Shown here: positions 28,062 through 32,000 of the stretch, in pieces
How positions within the stretch are numbered: the stretch's first letter is position 1
Layout: the number at the start of each line of letters is the position of its first letter
Assembly (NCBI RefSeq): GCF_014252415.1
Contig: NZ_CP059223.1
Span: 390,001 to 422,000, forward strand
Length of the DNA stretch: 32,000 bases
Direction of reading: 5' to 3'
Source: Candidatus Saccharimonadota bacterium
GTDB taxonomy: Bacteria > Bacteroidota > Bacteroidia > Flavobacteriales > Blattabacteriaceae
Notes under the pieces: generated by a model
Told to the model about the DNA's origin: nothing
Database searches by the model: none
What the model saw: the letters and a program-made list of their open reading frames with translations, nothing else
Program-made: the position numbers and the translations under genes

Positions 28062-29141
28062 ATGGCAGGAAACATATTTGGATCTCTTTTTAGAGTTAGT
28101 ACTTTCGGAGAAAGTCATGGTAAAGCATTGGGTGGTATTATTGATGGATGTCCTTCTGGATTAAAAATTGATTTAAAAAAAATTCAAATTGAATTAAATC
28201 GTAGAAGACCAGGTCAATCTTCTATTGTTACATCAAGAAATGAATTAGATAAAGTAAATTTTTTATCTGGAATTTTTAATGGTAAAACTACTGGTACACC
28301 TATTGGGTTCATTATATATAATAATGATTATAAACCGAAAGATTATCATCATATTAAAAATATTTATAGACCATCTCATTCGGATTTTTCTTATGAAGAA
28401 AAATATGGAATAAGAGATTATAGGGGGGGGGGTAGATCATCAGCTAGAGAAACAGTTTGTAGAGTAGTTGCAGGATCTATAGCTAAGCAAATAATAAAAA
28501 ATATTAAGATAATATCTTATGTTTCTAGTGTAGGAGATATATCAGTAAATATACCTTATCAAAAATTAGATTTATCAATAGAATCAATAGAAAAAAGTGC
28601 TGTAAGATGTCCTGATCCATATACATCAAAAAAAATGATTGAAAAAATTAAAAGTATTAAAAATAATGGAGATACAATAGGAGGAACTATTACTTGTATT
28701 ATTAAAAATATTCCATCAGGAATTGGAGAACCAGTTTTTAATAAATTACATGCAGAATTAGGAAAAGCCATGTTATCTATTAATGCAGTAAAAGGTTTTG
28801 AATATGGAAGTGGTTTCAATGGAACTAAATTAACTGGTTCTGAACATAACGATTTATTCATATCAGAAAAAAAAACTAAAACAAATTTTTCTGGAGGTAT
28901 ACAAGGTGGAATTTCAAATGGAATGGATATTTATTTCAAAATAGCGTTTAAACCTGTAGCTACCATTATGAAAAAACAAAAAACTATCGATAAATCAGGA
29001 AATTTTGTTTATTTAAAAGGAGTAGGAAGACATGATCCATGTGTTTTACCTAGAGCAGTACCTATTGTTGAATCAATGACTGCTTTAGTTATTGTAAATT
29101 ATTGGATGTATAAAAAACTATCTAAATATAATAATAAATAA
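28062..29141 (+). CDS. aroC: Chorismate synthase
   Basis: 359 aa. FGESHG, RRRPGQS and [10 protein letters not shown] motifs. Confidence 0.97.
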   Translation: MAGNIFGSLFRVSTFGESHGKALGGIIDGCPSGLKIDLKKIQIELNRRRPGQSSIVTSRNELDKVNFLSGIFNGKTTGTPIGFIIYNNDYKPKDYHHIKNIYRPSHSDFSYEEKYGIRDYRGGGRSSARETVCRVVAGSIAKQIIKNIKIISYVSSVGDISVNIPYQKLDLSIESIEKSAVRCPDPYTSKKMIEKIKSIKNNGDTIGGTITCIIKNIPSGIGEPVFNKLHAELGKAMLSINAVKGFEYGSGFNGTKLTGSEHNDLFISEKKTKTNFSGGIQGGISNGMDIYFKIAFKPVATIMKKQKTIDKSGNFVYLKGVGRHDPCVLPRAVPIVESMTALVIVNYWMYKKLSKYNNK

Positions 29142-29151
29142 AAAATATAGA

Positions 29152-30087
29152 TTGAATAAAAAATTATTAATATCTATAGTAGGTCCGACCTGTGTTGGAA
29201 AAACGGATTTATCTTTATTTTTAGCTAAAAATTTAAAAACAGAAATTTTGTCTAATGATTCAAGACAGTTTTATAAAGAATTGAAAATAGGTACATGTCC
29301 TCCTACTATAAAAGAATTAAAATCAATACCTCATCATTTTATTGGAAATAAAAATGTTTATCAAGATTACAATGCAAGATTATTTGAAATAGATTTTTTA
29401 AATAAAATTAAAATTTTATTTAAAAAATACAATATATTAATTATGGTAGGGGGGTCAGGGTTATATGAAAAAGCAGCATTAGAAGGTTTATCTTTTATCC
29501 CTAAAATAGATATGAACATAAGAAATGAATTAATATTTAATTTTAAAAAAAATGGGATAAAATTCTTACAAAAAGAATTAAAAATATTATATGAAAAAAA
29601 TATATGTAACAATATAGATTTGAATAACCCAATACGTTTAATTAGGTATATAGAAATAATAAAATCTACTGGAAAATCTCCATCATTTTTTTTTAAAAAA
29701 AAAAATAAAAAAAGAAATTTTCATATTCTAAAAATAGGTCTTTATTTAAATAAAGAAATTATTCATTACAATATTAATAATAGAGTTAATAATATGATAA
29801 AAAATGGGTTATTATATGAAGCTGAAAAACTTTATTCACTTTATTTTAATAAAAATTTAAAAAGTTTACAAACCATAGGTTATAAAGAAATTTTCCATTT
29901 TTTTGATAAAAAAAATAAATTAAAATTTGATCAGATTATTTACCAAATTAAGTCTAATACCAACAAATACGCAAAAAGACAATTAACTTGGTATAAAAAA
30001 AATAAAAATATTAAATGGTATAATCCATATGAAAAATATAATATATTAAATTTTATAGAAAAAAAATATGGGCAATACTGGATTTGA
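29152..30087 (+). CDS. miaA: tRNA dimethylallyltransferase
   Basis: 311 aa. TTG start with the P-loop GPTCVGKT immediately after it. DSRQFYKEL, GGSGLY and KRQLTWYKK are present. The last 19 nt overlap tRNA-Val on the opposite strand. Confidence 0.92.
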   Translation: MNKKLLISIVGPTCVGKTDLSLFLAKNLKTEILSNDSRQFYKELKIGTCPPTIKELKSIPHHFIGNKNVYQDYNARLFEIDFLNKIKILFKKYNILIMVGGSGLYEKAALEGLSFIPKIDMNIRNELIFNFKKNGIKFLQKELKILYEKNICNNIDLNNPIRLIRYIEIIKSTGKSPSFFFKKKNKKRNFHILKIGLYLNKEIIHYNINNRVNNMIKNGLLYEAEKLYSLYFNKNLKSLQTIGYKEIFHFFDKKNKLKFDQIIYQIKSNTNKYAKRQLTWYKKNKNIKWYNPYEKYNILNFIEKKYGQYWI

Positions 30088-30144
30088 ACCAGTGACCTCC
30101 TGCTTGTAAAACAGATGCTCTAAACCAAACTGAGCTAATTGCCC
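30069..30144 (-). tRNA. tRNA-Val (anticodon UAC)
   Basis: The reverse complement folds as a cloverleaf. Acceptor GGGCAAT/ATTGCCC, D arm GCTC-AGTTTGGTTTA-GAGC, anticodon arm TCTGT-TTTACAA-GCAGG (anticodon TAC), variable loop AGGTC, T arm ACTGG-TTCAAAT-CCAGT, discriminator A. No CCA is encoded. Confidence 0.93.
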
Positions 30145-30186
30145 TACTGCAAAATGCAAAATACAGTCAAATTTAAATAAAAAAAA

Positions 30187-31446
30187 TTATAATAATTTAA
30201 AAATTTCATATACAATAAATGTACTGCCGCATATCAATATTAAATCATTTTTTTTAGATAATTTTTTAGCAGAAAAAAATGCTGACTTAACAGAATAAAA
30301 AAAATTAAATTTTTCATTCTTTATAAAAATTTTTTTTATTAAAATCTTTAGTTTATTTATATCATATTTTCTTTCTATAGAAGGTTGACAAAAATAATAA
30401 TATGAATCATGAGGAAAAAATTTAATAAATGAACTAACCTTTTTATCTTTTACAAATCCTAATACTAAATGTAAATTTTCATATGATTCCTTTTTCAATT
30501 GAAGATTAACCATTTTTATTCCATTTTTATTATGAGCTATATCACAAATGATTTTAGGATATTTTTTTTTTATTATACTCCAACGTCCTTTAAAATTTGT
30601 ATTTTTTTTAATATTAATTAATCCCTTGTTAATAGAATTATTAGATATTAAAAAATTTTTTTTATTTAAAATATCTATAGTATATAATACCAAATTTTTA
30701 TTAATATTTTGATAAATAATTTTATCAAAAAAATTATTATTTATTTTTATTGACTTAAAATTTTTTTTTAAAAAAAAATAAATAGGAGAATTATTTTTTA
30801 AAGAAAATTTAAAAAAAAATTTTTTAACAATATCAGAAATATCTTCTCCTATTACTACAGGAACAGTTTTTTTTATAATTCCAGCTTTTTCAAAAGCTAT
30901 TTTCAATTCATTATCGCCTAAAGATTCTGAATGATCTATGCTAATATTAGTAATAATAGAAATAATTGGATTTATAATATTAGTTGAATCTAATCTACCT
31001 CCCATTCCAACTTCAATAACAGCTATATCAATTTTTTTTTCTCTAAAATATTGAAATGCCATTGCTGTATTCATTTCAAAAAATGAAATAGATTCTTTTT
31101 CCAAAAAAGATTTATTTTGTTTAATAAAATCTACAACAAAACTTTTGTCTATATAATTTCCATTACAAGAAATTCTTTCTCTAAAATCCATTAAATGAGG
31201 AGATGTAAATGAACCTACTTTATATCCTTCTTCTATAAGAATAGAATATAACATATTAGTAGTAGATCCTTTACCATTTGTTCCCCCAACATGAATACTA
31301 TCAAATGATTTTTGAGGATTTCCAAGATATCTACATAAGTTAATAATTCTTTCTAATCCAGGTTTATATGATAAATTATTTAAACCAATTTTTTGATAAG
31401 ATGGTATTTTTTGTAATATCCAATCAATAGTTTCTAAATAATTCAA
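30187..31446 (-). CDS. folC: Bifunctional folylpolyglutamate synthase / dihydrofolate synthase
   Basis: 419 aa. Mur-ligase-family P-loop HVGGTNGKGST, and SPHL and EVGMGGRLD motifs. Confidence 0.92.
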   Translation of the reverse strand: MNYLETIDWILQKIPSYQKIGLNNLSYKPGLERIINLCRYLGNPQKSFDSIHVGGTNGKGSTTNMLYSILIEEGYKVGSFTSPHLMDFRERISCNGNYIDKSFVVDFIKQNKSFLEKESISFFEMNTAMAFQYFREKKIDIAVIEVGMGGRLDSTNIINPIISIITNISIDHSESLGDNELKIAFEKAGIIKKTVPVVIGEDISDIVKKFFFKFSLKNNSPIYFFLKKNFKSIKINNNFFDKIIYQNINKNLVLYTIDILNKKNFLISNNSINKGLINIKKNTNFKGRWSIIKKKYPKIICDIAHNKNGIKMVNLQLKKESYENLHLVLGFVKDKKVSSFIKFFPHDSYYYFCQPSIERKYDINKLKILIKKIFIKNEKFNFFYSVKSAFFSAKKLSKKNDLILICGSTFIVYEIFKLL

Positions 31447-31533
31447 TTGTAAACTTTAAAAATTGTTATAACAAAAATATATTTTTTTTTAAAAAAAATT
31501 AACTAAATTTAGTCTAGAAAACTAATATTTTAA

Positions 31534-32000
31534 ATAAAAATAAAATCTTATTTACATTTTATAGAAAAAATAATAGAAGAAGATATAAAAAAAGGTTTTC
31601 CTAAATGTAAAATAAAATTTAGATTTCCACCTGAACCAAATGGAGTATTACATATTGGACATGTAAAAGCTATTTATCTAAATTTTAAATTAGGAATTAA
31701 ATATAATTCTCCTGTTAATTTAAGATTTGACGATACTAATCCTAATAAAGAAAGTAAAAAATTTATAGAGTCTATTAAAGATGATATTTTATTTTTAGGA
31801 TTTAAATGGGATCTAGAAAGTTATGCTTCAGATTATTTTAATAATCTTTATAATTGGGCTAAAATTTTAATAAAAAATAATTATGCATATATAGATGATC
31901 AACCAAAAAATATAATAAAATTTCAAAGAAAAAATTATTTTGAGTCAGGAATTAATAGTAATAATAGAAATAGATCTTCTGAAGAAAATTTATTCTTGTT
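31534..32000 (+). CDS. glnS: Glutaminyl-tRNA synthetase (5' partial; continues past the window end; start codon uncertain)
   Basis: Not in the track because there is no stop in the window. The frame is open from 31534. HFIEKIIEEDIKKG...RFPPEPNGVLHIGHVKAIYLNF...NLRFDDTNP aligns with the E. coli GlnRS N-terminus (NFIRQIIDEDL...RFPPEPNGYLHIGHAKSI...NLRFDDTNP). No ATG, GTG or TTG precedes the conserved block. Confidence 0.88.
   Translation, partial: MKIKSYLHFIEKIIEEDIKKGFPKCKIKFRFPPEPNGVLHIGHVKAIYLNFKLGIKYNSPVNLRFDDTNPNKESKKFIESIKDDILFLGFKWDLESYASDYFNNLYNWAKILIKNNYAYIDDQPKNIIKFQRKNYFESGINSNNRNRSSEENLFL

Noticed and set aside
31463-31474. Perfect 12-bp palindrome TTGTTATAACAA in the divergent folC-glnS spacer.
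   Set aside because: It is almost entirely A/T, and palindromes of this size are expected by chance in such sequence. There is no second copy in the window and no flanking conservation that I can evaluate.

Overview
This window is extremely AT-rich, tightly packed and almost entirely housekeeping. It looks like the reduced genome of an insect-associated Flavobacteriales (Bacteroidota) endosymbiont. The gene content and gene order are most consistent with a Blattabacterium-like organism: pyrG-yidC, bamD-rpoZ, miaB-sigma54 activator-secG-groES-groEL, nusB-yajC-coaE-THX, plus menF, idi, ndh, aroC and gcvT. I cannot confirm this assignment without a database search. I call 36 protein genes, two of them partial at the window edges (yidC at the left, glnS at the right). 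Three were not in the ORF track: yidC, ribosomal protein THX and glnS. I also call one tRNA-Val(UAC) and one SRP (4.5S) RNA. The genetic code appears standard (table 11), and TTG starts are frequent. I see no CRISPR array, transposase, integrase, phage gene, toxin-antitoxin pair or recognisable defence system, so I do not claim a novel multi-gene system. The most interesting signals are listed here. (1) A full-length dihydrolipoyl dehydrogenase homologue in which every catalytic hallmark is substituted: both redox cysteines to Tyr, the active-site His to Tyr, and a degenerate NAD-binding GxGxxG. (2) A good sigma-54 -24/-12 promoter match immediately upstream of groES, two genes downstream of a sensor-less sigma-54 activator. 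(3) A 2.8-copy 44/45-bp tandem repeat that duplicates the start codon and first 13 codons of idi. (4) Two conserved genes, a MATE transporter and glnS, whose conserved N-termini are encoded upstream of any ATG/GTG/TTG. (5) Several short perfect tandem duplications. All long antisense ORFs in the track are rejected as artefacts.
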